A stretch of 64,000 nucleotides of DNA. Source: a virus. Where the stretch lies: positions 1-64,000 of IMG/VR virus record IMGVR_UViG_3300037309_000179; one strand, written 5' to 3'. The position numbers were made by a program, and so were the translations under genes. Position 1 is the stretch's first letter; each line of letters starts with the position of its first letter. The notes below the pieces were generated by a model, which saw only the letters and a list, made by a program, of their open reading frames with translations, had not been told where the DNA came from and did not search any database. Positions 27,190 through 35,495 of the stretch are shown piece after piece.

Positions 27190-27314
27190 GACAGATACTC
27201 CGGTGAGGGTTGGTCGGGGGCCGCTCACCGGGTGGTGAGCGTGGCTATCCCGGACGGCCGACGTGCGGCCGTTTCGGGCGGGGCGCCACCCCGCCCGTCG
27301 TCAGCGGGAGCGGT

Positions 27315-27626
27315 TCACCCGGCCGCGGCCAGGTCCGCGGCCATGCCCCTTGCGATCACCCCGGCCATCCCGGCGACGGCGACCGGGGCCACGCCGAACG
27401 GCCGCAGGTCCCGCACCTCCTCCCGCCCGCCCGCCCGCACCCCGACCTGCCACACGGGCACGCAGGGCACCGGGGGCAGCACGGCCGCCCGCACCCCCGG
27501 CCGGGGGGAGGCGGACCACGTGCGGGCGGCCATGTCCGGCGCCCAGGCCCACCCCGTGCGGGCGGTCATTTCGGCCGCGCACGCGGTCATCTCGGCGTCG
27601 GTCAGCGCGAACAACTCGGCGGTCAT
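27315..27626 (-). CDS. Hypothetical protein
   Basis: 103 aa, ATG start. Confidence 0.4.
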   Translation of the reverse strand: MTAELFALTDAEMTACAAEMTARTGWAWAPDMAARTWSASPRPGVRAAVLPPVPCVPVWQVGVRAGGREEVRDLRPFGVAPVAVAGMAGVIARGMAADLAAAG

Positions 27627-27709
27627 GACACTGGCCTCTCACCCGGCCCGCGAGCGGGCCGGGGTGTTCGGGGTGAGCGGGGCCGCACCGCGCGGCCCCG
27701 CGGGGAACG

Positions 27710-28315
27710 TCAGTCGGCCCGTCGGATCACCCCGACGGTACGGCAGTCCCCGGACAGGGGGCCGGTGACGGACACCCACCACCCGTACCCGCTCGCGTCG
27801 CGGTCTACGCTCACGGTGACGGCGGCGGCCGTCTCATACCGCTCCCGCACCGCGTCGACGACGGCGCCGGCGGTGTGGCCGTACAGCACCGGCGCCGGGG
27901 TGCCGTCCGGGTCGGTCGCGTCCGCGTCGCCCCACACCATCCGCAGCGGCCCGGGGACGGCGCGGATCAGCCGGTCGGCGATCCGCCCGACACGCGCCGC
28001 GGTCATCCCGGCCGTCCACCCGGCCCGCACCGCGATCGCCTCCGCGTCCGAGTGACACGAGCCGTCGCGGTCCTGCCGGTGCGACACGCACACCTCCCAC
28101 GTGCCCGGCCCGCTCGCGGCCGGGCCGATCACTTCGCACACGTACCCGCCCGGCAGCGGGCAGGACAGCACCTCACCCGCGGACTCGGTGAGCCACCCGC
28201 GGCCGGTGGCGCGCTCGCACGCGCGGCGCACCGTCTCCAGGTCCGGCACCGGGCCGGCCGCGGTCGGGACGGGGGCGGACTCCGGGGGCAGGATCGTCTC
28301 ACACATGGCGCGCAC
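27710..28315 (-). CDS. Hypothetical protein
   Basis: 201 aa. Alternative ATG at 28306. Confidence 0.45.
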   Translation of the reverse strand: MRAMCETILPPESAPVPTAAGPVPDLETVRRACERATGRGWLTESAGEVLSCPLPGGYVCEVIGPAASGPGTWEVCVSHRQDRDGSCHSDAEAIAVRAGWTAGMTAARVGRIADRLIRAVPGPLRMVWGDADATDPDGTPAPVLYGHTAGAVVDAVRERYETAAAVTVSVDRDASGYGWWVSVTGPLSGDCRTVGVIRRAD

Positions 28316-28368
28316 CTCTCACGCGCGGGCCGGTCGGCCCGCGTCGGGGAATGGGTTGAGGACGGGCG

Positions 28369-28390
28369 CCCACCCGCAACCGCGGGTGGG
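28369..28390 (-). terminator. GC-rich hairpin (9-bp stem CCCACCCGC / GCGGGTGGG, 4-nt loop) downstream of the DUF932 gene
   Basis: Read directly. A second hairpin lies nearby (GCGGGCC-GGTC-GGCCCGC, about 28326-28343). No U-tract. Confidence 0.3.
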
Positions 28391-28408
28391 CAGGGGAGCG
28401 GCATCCGA

Positions 28409-30094
28409 CTAGGCCGACAGCGCGGCCGGGTCGTCCGACACCAGCGTGAGCAGCTTTGGGGTGAGCGCGTCCACCCGCGCCCGCTCGTCCGCGAACGCGG
28501 CGCCGTCCCCGTCCTGCGAGTACCGCGTCAGGCCGTTGATCGCGCCCCACAGGCTGTACGGATTCACATTGTCGATGTGGGCGAACTCCAAAGCTTTATC
28601 GAGCGCGCCGGCGAACATGCCGACACTGATACCCGACGCGGGTTTCAGGGTCCGCCCCCCCGACACGGCGCGGATCAGCGCGTCGAGCACCTCCTTCCGC
28701 GCCGTGGCCGGGTCCGCGCTGGTGCTCAGGATGAGGGAGCGGGCGCGGTCGATCATCCGCTGATGCGCGTCCACCGACGCGGGCGCCGTCAGCCGCTCCA
28801 GGGCCGCGGACACCTGGAGGGCGAACCGCTGTCGCAGCGCGTCCGGGCTGCCGACGTGCCGGATGGACACGTCTACCACCTCTTCGGCGCCCCACACGAT
28901 GTGATTGCCGCACACGTGACGGTAGTAAAACGCTTTGAATTTCAGCGCCCCGGCCCCCACCTCCGAATTGGAGACGAAGAACCCCCGCGCGAGACCGTCC
29001 GGGGTGCCGTCGTCGATCCTCAGATCTTCGTTCACGAGAAAGGCGAACATGTCGTGATCGCTCGCATAGATGCCGGCCGGCGCGATGGGGTCTCCGACCC
29101 GCACGGTCAGCCCACCCCCGGCCGTGCGCCGCGTCAGCACGTCCGCTACCGTCGCCGGCCGGGACCGCAGGTCCTCGACGGTGGACGGCCGCGCGGGGGG
29201 AGTCACCCACCCCCGCTCCGTGAGCGGGAGCAGGGCGGCGAACACCTCCGCGTTCCAAAACCGGGCGTACTTGTCCGAATTGATCGACCGCAGCTTGGTG
29301 TGCCCGTTCATATGTACCAGTCCGTTCAGACCCTTCCCGCGGCCCGCGACGCGGGCCGCGATCCCGGCCGTCAGGCAGTCCGCGGCCAGGTCGGTCGGCA
29401 GCGTGGCCAGGTAGGACATCGGCGCCTTGCACAGGCCGGCCAGCTGGCCGGCCGAGTAGTGCGTCAGCGTCGCGGCCGTCCCGTCCGGCAGGTCCATCAC
29501 CAGCTCCCGGCCGTCGTCGGACGGCCGGAGCGCCACGTCGTCCCAGTCGGCCGACACCTCCCGTGCCGTCTCGCGGTGGTGCCGGGTGGCCTCGAGCGCG
29601 TCCGCGACCGTCCAGTACCGCTCATCCGCGGGCCGCTCGGCCCACTGCCGGTGCGCGTCCGTCAGGTCCACCCCGCTCCCCGACCGGCCGGAGCGGGGAG
29701 CGGCCGGGGCCGACACCGGACGCGCGGGCAGCGCCATCGGGGCCGGGATCGGTTCGGGTGTAGCCAGCGTGTCCGCGGTCGCGGTCGGCTCCAGGTCGGT
29801 ATCCGTGTCGGTGTCCGTCTCGACCGACGACAGGGCCGCATCGACGGCCGCGGACCACGCATCCGCGGCCCGCTGCTGGTCCGCGGCCGCGTCGGTGGTG
29901 TCGTCGGCCCGCGTGGCCGCGTGCCAGGCCGCGGCCCGCTCCGCGAGCGTGCGACCGGTGTACCCGTCGCGGCTGAGACGACCCATGAGCGCCGGGCCGG
30001 ACATGCCGTAGTGCTCCCGGCAGCTGTCCACGATGTCCACCTGGTCCGCGGTCACGGTGCTGACGGTCACGGTGCTGGTGCTGGTGCGGGACAT
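28409..30094 (-). CDS. DUF932 (phage/plasmid-like) family protein
   Basis: ATG 30094. The core GFFVSNSEVGAGALKFKAFYYRHVCGNHIVWG matches the DUF932 signature. The N-terminal third is low complexity (TDTDTD). Confidence 0.75.
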   Translation of the reverse strand: MSRTSTSTVTVSTVTADQVDIVDSCREHYGMSGPALMGRLSRDGYTGRTLAERAAAWHAATRADDTTDAAADQQRAADAWSAAVDAALSSVETDTDTDTDLEPTATADTLATPEPIPAPMALPARPVSAPAAPRSGRSGSGVDLTDAHRQWAERPADERYWTVADALEATRHHRETAREVSADWDDVALRPSDDGRELVMDLPDGTAATLTHYSAGQLAGLCKAPMSYLATLPTDLAADCLTAGIAARVAGRGKGLNGLVHMNGHTKLRSINSDKYARFWNAEVFAALLPLTERGWVTPPARPSTVEDLRSRPATVADVLTRRTAGGGLTVRVGDPIAPAGIYASDHDMFAFLVNEDLRIDDGTPDGLARGFFVSNSEVGAGALKFKAFYYRHVCGNHIVWGAEEVVDVSIRHVGSPDALRQRFALQVSAALERLTAPASVDAHQRMIDRARSLILSTSADPATARKEVLDALIRAVSGGRTLKPASGISVGMFAGALDKALEFAHIDNVNPYSLWGAINGLTRYSQDGDGAAFADERARVDALTPKLLTLVSDDPAALSA

Positions 30095-30174
30095 GGTCAG
30101 TGCTCCGAGTGACGGCCGCACGTGGGAGGAGCGCGGCCGGGTGTGCCGCGGACCGACGCGGCCCGCGTGTGAGA

Positions 30175-30207
30175 TGTATACCGGTCAGGGTTGCATTTTT
30201 GCAACCC
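30175..30207 (-). promoter_or_regulatory. Sigma70-like promoter overlapping the 20-bp palindrome GGGTTGCATTTTTGCAACCC (30188-30207)
   Basis: Minus strand: TTGCAA (30199-30204), 18 nt, TATACA (30175-30180). AT-rich island, pointing into the DUF932 operon. Confidence 0.5.
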
Positions 30208-30343
30208 TAATCCTGGCACTTTCACGCGCAAAGCGAAGCGAATTCCCACAAATAACAGGGACGATGAGCGGAAAAACTTTCTGATTGGCGGGCGAAAGTG
30301 ATCCGGACTCCGACTTCTACTATTCGGCCGTGCACCACCTGGA

Positions 30344-30396
30344 CGGCCGCCGCAATCTCGGCCGCCGCAATCGGGCGTCGCAATCGGGCGTCGCCC
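30344..30396. repeat. Direct repeats CGGCCGCCGCAATC x2 plus GGGCGTCGCAATC / GGGCGTCGCCC
   Basis: CGCAATC at 30351, 30366 and 30379. Lies in the ~500-nt divergent intergenic region upstream of the ParB-like gene. Confidence 0.8.
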
Positions 30397-30519
30397 GAGG
30401 GGGTACCGTGGTCAAATCCTCGTTACTCCGTTTGACATGGACCGAACGTGGTGCCGCGTACTTTTTTCTGACGGGTTTTCGGGCGGGATGGGGTGGGTCG
30501 AACATGCCGCAAGTTCCGC

Positions 30520-30542
30520 GGCGCATCCGTGGCGCATCCGTG
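30520..30542. repeat. Tandem 11-nt repeat GCGCATCCGTG x2
   Basis: 30521-30531 and 30532-30542, about 60 nt upstream of ATG 30601. Confidence 0.85.
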
Positions 30543-30600
30543 CTACTTCGCCTTCGGCCGGCCGGTTGCGTGGCGGCCTGGCCGGCGCTACGGTTCGGGC

Positions 30601-31188
30601 ATGAACGTGCGACTCCGGTTCAAGGACCCGGCGAACCCGGTGCGGTACATCCGCGGCCGGGACCTGGTGCCCCACCCGCTCAACTGGCGGACCCACCCGG
30701 AGGGGCAGCAGAACGCCCTGCGGGGGGTGCTCGCCGAGGTCGGGCTGGCGGACGTGGTGAAGGGGTACGAGCTGCCGGACGGGCGGGTGCAGGTGATCGA
30801 CGGGCACCTGCGGGCGGAGGTGCTGCCGGACCAGGACATCCCGGTGCTGATCCTGGATGTGACGGCGGACGAGGCGAACCGCCTGCTGGCCACGTTCGAC
30901 GCGGTCGGCGACCTGGCCGGGGTGAACGCGGAGAACCTGGAGTTGTTGCTCGGCGAGGTGCGGTTCCAGAACGCGGCGGTGACGGCGATGCTGGAGGACC
31001 TGGCGAAGTCGGCCCCGCCGGTCGACGCGGGCGGGCACGGCGAGGGGGGCGGCGGGGGTGAGGAGGAGCCGCCGGCGGCGCGGTGGGGGGTGCTGGTGGA
31101 CTGTGCCGGCGAGCCGGAGCAGGTGCGGCTGATCGGCCTGCTGGTGGCGAACGGGTACGAGGGGAAGTTCCGCGCCCTGGTCGGGTGA
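30601..31188 (+). CDS. ParB N-terminal-like (ParB/Srx nuclease-fold) domain protein
   Basis: 195 aa from ATG 30601. IRGRDLVPHPLNWRTHPEGQQNALRGVLAEVGLADVV...VIDGHLRAEV matches the ParBc pattern (DGHxR). Confidence 0.7.
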   Translation: MNVRLRFKDPANPVRYIRGRDLVPHPLNWRTHPEGQQNALRGVLAEVGLADVVKGYELPDGRVQVIDGHLRAEVLPDQDIPVLILDVTADEANRLLATFDAVGDLAGVNAENLELLLGEVRFQNAAVTAMLEDLAKSAPPVDAGGHGEGGGGGEEEPPAARWGVLVDCAGEPEQVRLIGLLVANGYEGKFRALVG

Positions 31189-31227
31189 CCGGCGGTGGGG
31201 GTGGGAGGGGGGGGGCCGCGCGTGAAG

Positions 31228-32337
31228 ATGGTCCGCGAGTCGCCGGTCGAACTCACCCCCCGCCTGCACCAGCTGGCCGGGATGTTCGACCTGCCGGCGG
31301 CGGCGGTGTCCCGGGTCGAGTGGGAGTTCCCGGACCCGCCGCTGGACGCCGAGCCGTGGCAGATCGGCCTGGTGGTCGGCCCGAGCGGGTCGGGCAAGAG
31401 CACGGTCGCCGCCGAGCTGTTCGGGGACGCCATCGTGCGCGGGTACGACTGGCCGGACGGCCGGGCGGTGGTGGACGGGTTCCCGGCCGACGTGGGCGTC
31501 CGGGCGGCGACGGCCGCGCTGTCGAGCGTCGGGTTCAGCAGCCCGCCGAACTGGCTGCGGCCGTTCCGGGTGCTGAGCAACGGCGAGCAGTTCCGGGCGA
31601 CCCTGGCGCGGGCGCTGACCGAACCCCGCGGCCTGGTGGTCCTGGACGAGTTCACCTCGGTGGTGGACCGCACCGTCGCCCGGATCGGGTCGGCGGCGGT
31701 GGGCAAGGCGGTGCGGCGGGCGCCGGGGAAGAAGTTCGTGGCGGTCACCTGCCACTACGACGTGGCCGACTGGCTGTGCCCGGACTGGGCGCTGGAGATG
31801 CCGACCGGTGAGTTCACCCGGAGGTCCCTTCGGCGACGCCCGCCCGTGGGTCTGGAAATCGACCGGGTCGGGCGTGAGGCGTGGGCACTGTTCCGTCCCC
31901 ATCACTATCTGAGCCACGACCTGAACCCGGCGGCGCAGTGCTTCGCCGCGTTCCTGGACGGCCGCCCGGTGGCGTTCGGTGCGGTCCTCTCCGCGCCGGG
32001 GCGGGTCAGCTTCTTCCGCGAGCACCGGTGCGTGTGCCTGCCGGACTTCCAGGGCGTCGGCATCGGGAACGCCCTGTCCGAGTTCGTCGCCGGGGTGTAC
32101 CGGGCGCGGGGGAAGGCGTACCGCAGCACGACGGCGAACCCGGCGATGATCCGCCACCGCTGCCGGTCGCCCGTGTGGAAGATGGTGCGGGAGCCGTCGC
32201 TGGTGCCGGCCCAGCGGGGGGAGGAGGTGAGGGCGAGCCGGGAGGGGCGGACGCGGGCGACCGGGCGGCTCACCGCCGGGTTCGAGTACGTCGGGCCGGT
32301 GTTGCGGGACGAGGCGAAGCGGCTCGGGGTGATCTAG
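31228..32337 (+). CDS. ABC-type ATPase fused to a GNAT-like C-terminal domain
   Basis: Walker A GPSGSGKST, signature LSNGEQFR, Walker B VVLDEF. C-terminus CFAAFLDGRPVAFGAV...LPDFQGVGIGNAL is GNAT motif-A-like. An alternative GTG start lies at 31195. Confidence 0.65.
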   Translation: MVRESPVELTPRLHQLAGMFDLPAAAVSRVEWEFPDPPLDAEPWQIGLVVGPSGSGKSTVAAELFGDAIVRGYDWPDGRAVVDGFPADVGVRAATAALSSVGFSSPPNWLRPFRVLSNGEQFRATLARALTEPRGLVVLDEFTSVVDRTVARIGSAAVGKAVRRAPGKKFVAVTCHYDVADWLCPDWALEMPTGEFTRRSLRRRPPVGLEIDRVGREAWALFRPHHYLSHDLNPAAQCFAAFLDGRPVAFGAVLSAPGRVSFFREHRCVCLPDFQGVGIGNALSEFVAGVYRARGKAYRSTTANPAMIRHRCRSPVWKMVREPSLVPAQRGEEVRASREGRTRATGRLTAGFEYVGPVLRDEAKRLGVI

Positions 32338-32466
32338 CCGCCCGCACCGGCCGCCGTTCCAGCCCGAGTGCCGCTGCCCGCCTCCCGCCCGCCCGCGCCC
32401 CGTCGGGCGACCACGCGTTCCGGTTCGGCCGCGTTCGCGTCCGCAGGCACCTCCGCGGGAGGGCGG

Positions 32467-32961
32467 TCACTTCTTCCCGGCGGGCGGGGCGGGCCGCAGG
32501 ACGGTGTACTCGACCCCGCTCACCTGCTCCCGGCCGACCACCCGCCACCGCTCGGGCGGGTTGATCGCCCGCGCCTTCCCCTCCGGGTTCACCAGCACCC
32601 CGCGGACGATCACCCGCAGCCCCGGCCCCGGATCCCGCCCCCGCGGGGCGGCCGGCACCGCCGACCAGACGAACGAGTCCGGCCCGGTCACGTCGAGGAT
32701 GGCGTTGGACGCCAGCTTGCCCAGCGGCCCCTCCTCGCCCACCTCCAGGTAGCCCTTCGCCAGCAGGTCGTCCACCCGGTGGTACGTCACGGGCTCGAGT
32801 TCCAGGGCGAGCTTGTTTTTCAGGTCGGCCAGCTTCTTCTCGGCGTCCGCGACCTCCGCCCTCAGCGCCTTGATCCGGGTTTCCCGCTCCGCCTTTTCAT
32901 CTGCGGACAGGGGCGTGTTGAACAGCATCAGGGTGCAGGCGGCGAGAGCGAGCGGTCGCAC
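32467..32961 (-). CDS. Secreted coiled-coil protein (moron-like)
   Basis: Signal-peptide-like MRPLALAACTLMLFNTPLSA, then a coiled coil (EKAERETRIKALRAEVADAEKKLADLKNKL). Confidence 0.6.
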   Translation of the reverse strand: MRPLALAACTLMLFNTPLSADEKAERETRIKALRAEVADAEKKLADLKNKLALELEPVTYHRVDDLLAKGYLEVGEEGPLGKLASNAILDVTGPDSFVWSAVPAAPRGRDPGPGLRVIVRGVLVNPEGKARAINPPERWRVVGREQVSGVEYTVLRPAPPAGKK

Positions 32962-33071
32962 GGGGAACCCTCCGGAGGTTCCGACAGGTTAAGCGCTCGA
33001 GTGACGCGGTGGTAGCCGCACGAATGTGCGCCGGGGTAGGCTTGCGCGGGAGTCCGCCGTGGGAGATGATA

Positions 33072-33147
33072 CGGGCGACGGTGGGGCTGGCTGCTCACCC
33101 GGCGCTGATAACGCTGGCGGCCGGGTTCGATTCCCTACTCCGTCACT
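33072..33147 (+). other. tRNA-Ile(GAU)-like fragment / pseudo-tRNA
   Basis: GGGCGA acceptor-like 5' end, D-stem GTGG/TCAC, and a good anticodon arm CGGCG-CTGATAA-CGCTG (anticodon GAT). The T-loop is GGGTTCGATTCCC, but the T-stem 3' half and the acceptor 3' strand do not pair. Confidence 0.35.
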
Positions 33148-33190
33148 CCGTTCGACACCCCGTGTGTTGCCGCCGCGCCACCCGCCCGAT

Positions 33191-34153
33191 TCATGACGGA
33201 TCGGGCGGTGGTGTTTCCGGCGGTTCGCCGGGGAGCTGTGACGGGAGCGAGAAGGCCGGTGCGACCGCGTCGGCGAAGCCGCCGGTCGCCCGCCCCACGA
33301 GGGTTGCCATCGCCGCCATCAACTCCCGCGCCGTCATCCCGAACGCCCGGAGCGCCCCCGCCGCCGCCTGAACTTCCGCCGGCGTGAACCCCAGCCGCCG
33401 GGCAGCCCCAACAGGGGCGACCCGCGCCCACTGCTCGTCGATCCAACTCCCCACCGCCGAGGCGGGGTCACCTCGGACCAGTTCGCCGACCAGCTTCTCG
33501 CGGAACCGCAGCGCGTCGATCGGATCGCCGGCGAGCGTCTGCGGGATCTCCACGAACGGGAGGAACTCGGACCCGGTGCGTGGCGCCCCGTGCCGCTCGG
33601 TTCGCGTCTCGCCGTGCGGGTACAGCGGGCGGTCGTCGTACACCGCGTCGGCGGTCAGTTCGGCCACCCACCGGAGCGACACCTCCACCCGCACGGGCGG
33701 CTTGACGAACCGCCGGTACACCCCGCCGCGGGCGACCTCGAACAGGTCTGGCGGCGGGTCCAGCTCCGCCCGCCCCAGCCGCACCCGGCGGAGGCGGATC
33801 GTGATCCGGGCGTCGGTCAGGCGGACGGTGCGGACGGGGTGACAGGTCAGCACCTCGCCCCCGAACCGGCGCAACGCGGTCGCGGTCGTGACCCACTCGT
33901 CGATCAGCGCGGTGCGGGGGTGGAAGAAGCCTGGGGCGGCCGGCGGGCGGGGCACCCACCGGCCCGGCACCGGCCGGCGACCCGAGACCGGCCGCTTCAC
34001 CGGGTCCAGTTCCTCCGCCCGCGCCGCCTCGCACTCCGCCCACGACACCCCGCACGCCGGGTGCTCCTGCCACCAGTCGAGCAGGGCGAGCCGGGGCAGC
34101 CGGTCGTCCGGGTCTTCGCACACCTTCAGGTAGAGGGCGTGTTCGGGGGTCAT
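33191..34153 (-). CDS. TIGR02996-like N-terminal domain protein
   Basis: ATG 34153 (ATGA coupling). YLKVCEDPDDRLPRLALLDWWQEH resembles the 'PDDD..RLVYADWLEE' repeat-companion domain. Confidence 0.6.
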   Translation of the reverse strand: MTPEHALYLKVCEDPDDRLPRLALLDWWQEHPACGVSWAECEAARAEELDPVKRPVSGRRPVPGRWVPRPPAAPGFFHPRTALIDEWVTTATALRRFGGEVLTCHPVRTVRLTDARITIRLRRVRLGRAELDPPPDLFEVARGGVYRRFVKPPVRVEVSLRWVAELTADAVYDDRPLYPHGETRTERHGAPRTGSEFLPFVEIPQTLAGDPIDALRFREKLVGELVRGDPASAVGSWIDEQWARVAPVGAARRLGFTPAEVQAAAGALRAFGMTARELMAAMATLVGRATGGFADAVAPAFSLPSQLPGEPPETPPPDPS

Positions 34154-34620
34154 GTGAGGCTGGTGTGGAACACGGCGGCCACGTCGGCGGCCGGGGTGGG
34201 GCCGGTGAGGGTGACGGCCACCCGGGCGTACCGCTGGGTGCGGGTGAACTCGGCGAACCCGGCCGAGTCGGCCGCCCCGACCACCGGCGGGCCGACGGCC
34301 GCCCACCCGCCGGTGCCGGTCGCCGACTGCTCGGCCTGGACGGACACCCCGGTGCCGGGGGCCAGCCCGCCGACGGTAACGCACACCCGCACCGGGTTGG
34401 CGGTGGCGTCCAGGTCCACCGCCGGGCCGGCGTCGGTGGCGGTCAGGGCGGTGGGCGGGAAGGCGAGGCGGTACACCGGGTCCGGGCCGACCGCCTCGGC
34501 CGCGTCCCGGCCGATCACCTCGGCGGCCACCGCGTCGGGCACGTCGGCGATCTGGCCGGCGGCGTAGGTGACGGCGGTGGTCTCGGTGCGGACCCACGGC
34601 CGGGTGAAGCGGACGCGCAT
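34150..34620 (-). CDS. Hypothetical protein
   Basis: 156 aa, ATG start. Confidence 0.5.
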   Translation of the reverse strand: MRVRFTRPWVRTETTAVTYAAGQIADVPDAVAAEVIGRDAAEAVGPDPVYRLAFPPTALTATDAGPAVDLDATANPVRVCVTVGGLAPGTGVSVQAEQSATGTGGWAAVGPPVVGAADSAGFAEFTRTQRYARVAVTLTGPTPAADVAAVFHTSLT

Positions 34621-34629
34621 CGGGCCTCC

Positions 34630-35037
34630 TCAGTTGGGGGTGGCGGCGGGCTGGGCGGCGAACGCGGCGACGGCCGGGGTGTCCGGCTCGCCCTTGTGGT
34701 AGTTCGGCTTCGGGCGGGCCGGGTTCCCGAACGCCCCGTCGCAGGCGGCGGTGAGCAGGTTGTGGCAGCGGGCGCACAGCGGCTGCCAGTTGTCCTGGTC
34801 CCAGAACTTCCCCGCGTCCCCGCGGTGCGGGACCACGTGGTCCACCACCTCCGCCGGACTCACCCGGCCGAGGGTGGCGCAGCGGGCGCACAGCGGGTGG
34901 CGGCGGCGGAACCGCTTGCTCGCCCGCTCCCACCGCCCGTCGTACAGGCGGCGGTGGGTCAGGTCGCGGTGCTCGAACCGCTTGGCCGGCGGGCCGGCCG
35001 GCCCGGGGGGCGGGAAGCGTTTGGGGGCGCTGGGCAC
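34630..35037 (-). CDS. HNH endonuclease
   Basis: GTG 35037 after GAGAGG. HPLCARC...VDHVVPHRGD...NWQPLCARCHN is the HNH motif set. Confidence 0.75.
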   Translation of the reverse strand: MPSAPKRFPPPGPAGPPAKRFEHRDLTHRRLYDGRWERASKRFRRRHPLCARCATLGRVSPAEVVDHVVPHRGDAGKFWDQDNWQPLCARCHNLLTAACDGAFGNPARPKPNYHKGEPDTPAVAAFAAQPAATPN

Positions 35038-35177
35038 GGCGGCCTCTCGTCCGGGGCGTGGATCCCGGTCTGGTGGAGCACGTCGGCGGCGTCCTTGACC
35101 TTGGCGGCGAACGTCAGCAGCCACTCGAAGTGCGGCCACAGGTGGAACGCCGCCTCCACCACCCCGGCCTGGTACAT
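34959..35177 (-). CDS. Hypothetical protein; coding-like sequence also extends upstream to an in-frame TGA
   Basis: MYQAGVVEAAFHLWPHFEWLLTFAAKVKDAADVLHQ. The 36 codons between TGA 35286-35288 and this ATG also look coding. Confidence 0.3.
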   Translation of the reverse strand: MYQAGVVEAAFHLWPHFEWLLTFAAKVKDAADVLHQTGIHAPDERPPCPAPPNASRPPGRPARRPSGSSTAT

Positions 35178-35285
35178 CCGCCGCTCGCGGGCGGTCAGCC
35201 GGAGCGGGAGGCCGCCGCGGGCCTGGACGACGGCGTACCGGGTGAACTCGTCCTTGGTCCGGAACGGCGCCGGGGCGGCCGTGAC

Positions 35286-35495
35286 TCACTCCGGGGCGTG
35301 GGGCGGGCGGCGCGGGTCCACCCCCAGGTTCAGGTACAGCGCTTGCACCTCGCCCAATTTGGCGACGAGCGACCCGAGGGTGGCGGCCGGCACGCCCACC
35401 CGCGGGCCGTACAGGTCTTCGAGGGCGAGGAGGGCGGCGGCCACGAACGGCACGGCCACCCCATCCTCCGGCGGGTGCGGGTCAGGGTCGGGCAT
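35286..35495 (-). CDS. Hypothetical protein
   Basis: 69 aa, ATG start, overlapping the end of the DUF4326 gene by 14 nt. Confidence 0.4.
   Translation of the reverse strand: MPDPDPHPPEDGVAVPFVAAALLALEDLYGPRVGVPAATLGSLVAKLGEVQALYLNLGVDPRRPPHAPE

Noticed and set aside
27875-30112. A 745-aa plus-strand ORF opposite the DUF932 gene
   Set aside because: This is antisense noise. The minus-strand frame carries the DUF932 signature and a proper ATG.
33072-33147. A complete, functional tRNA-Ile gene
   Set aside because: The T-stem 3' half (CCCTA against CCGGG) and the 3' acceptor strand do not pair with the 5' half in any register I tried. It is kept only as a fragment or pseudo-tRNA.
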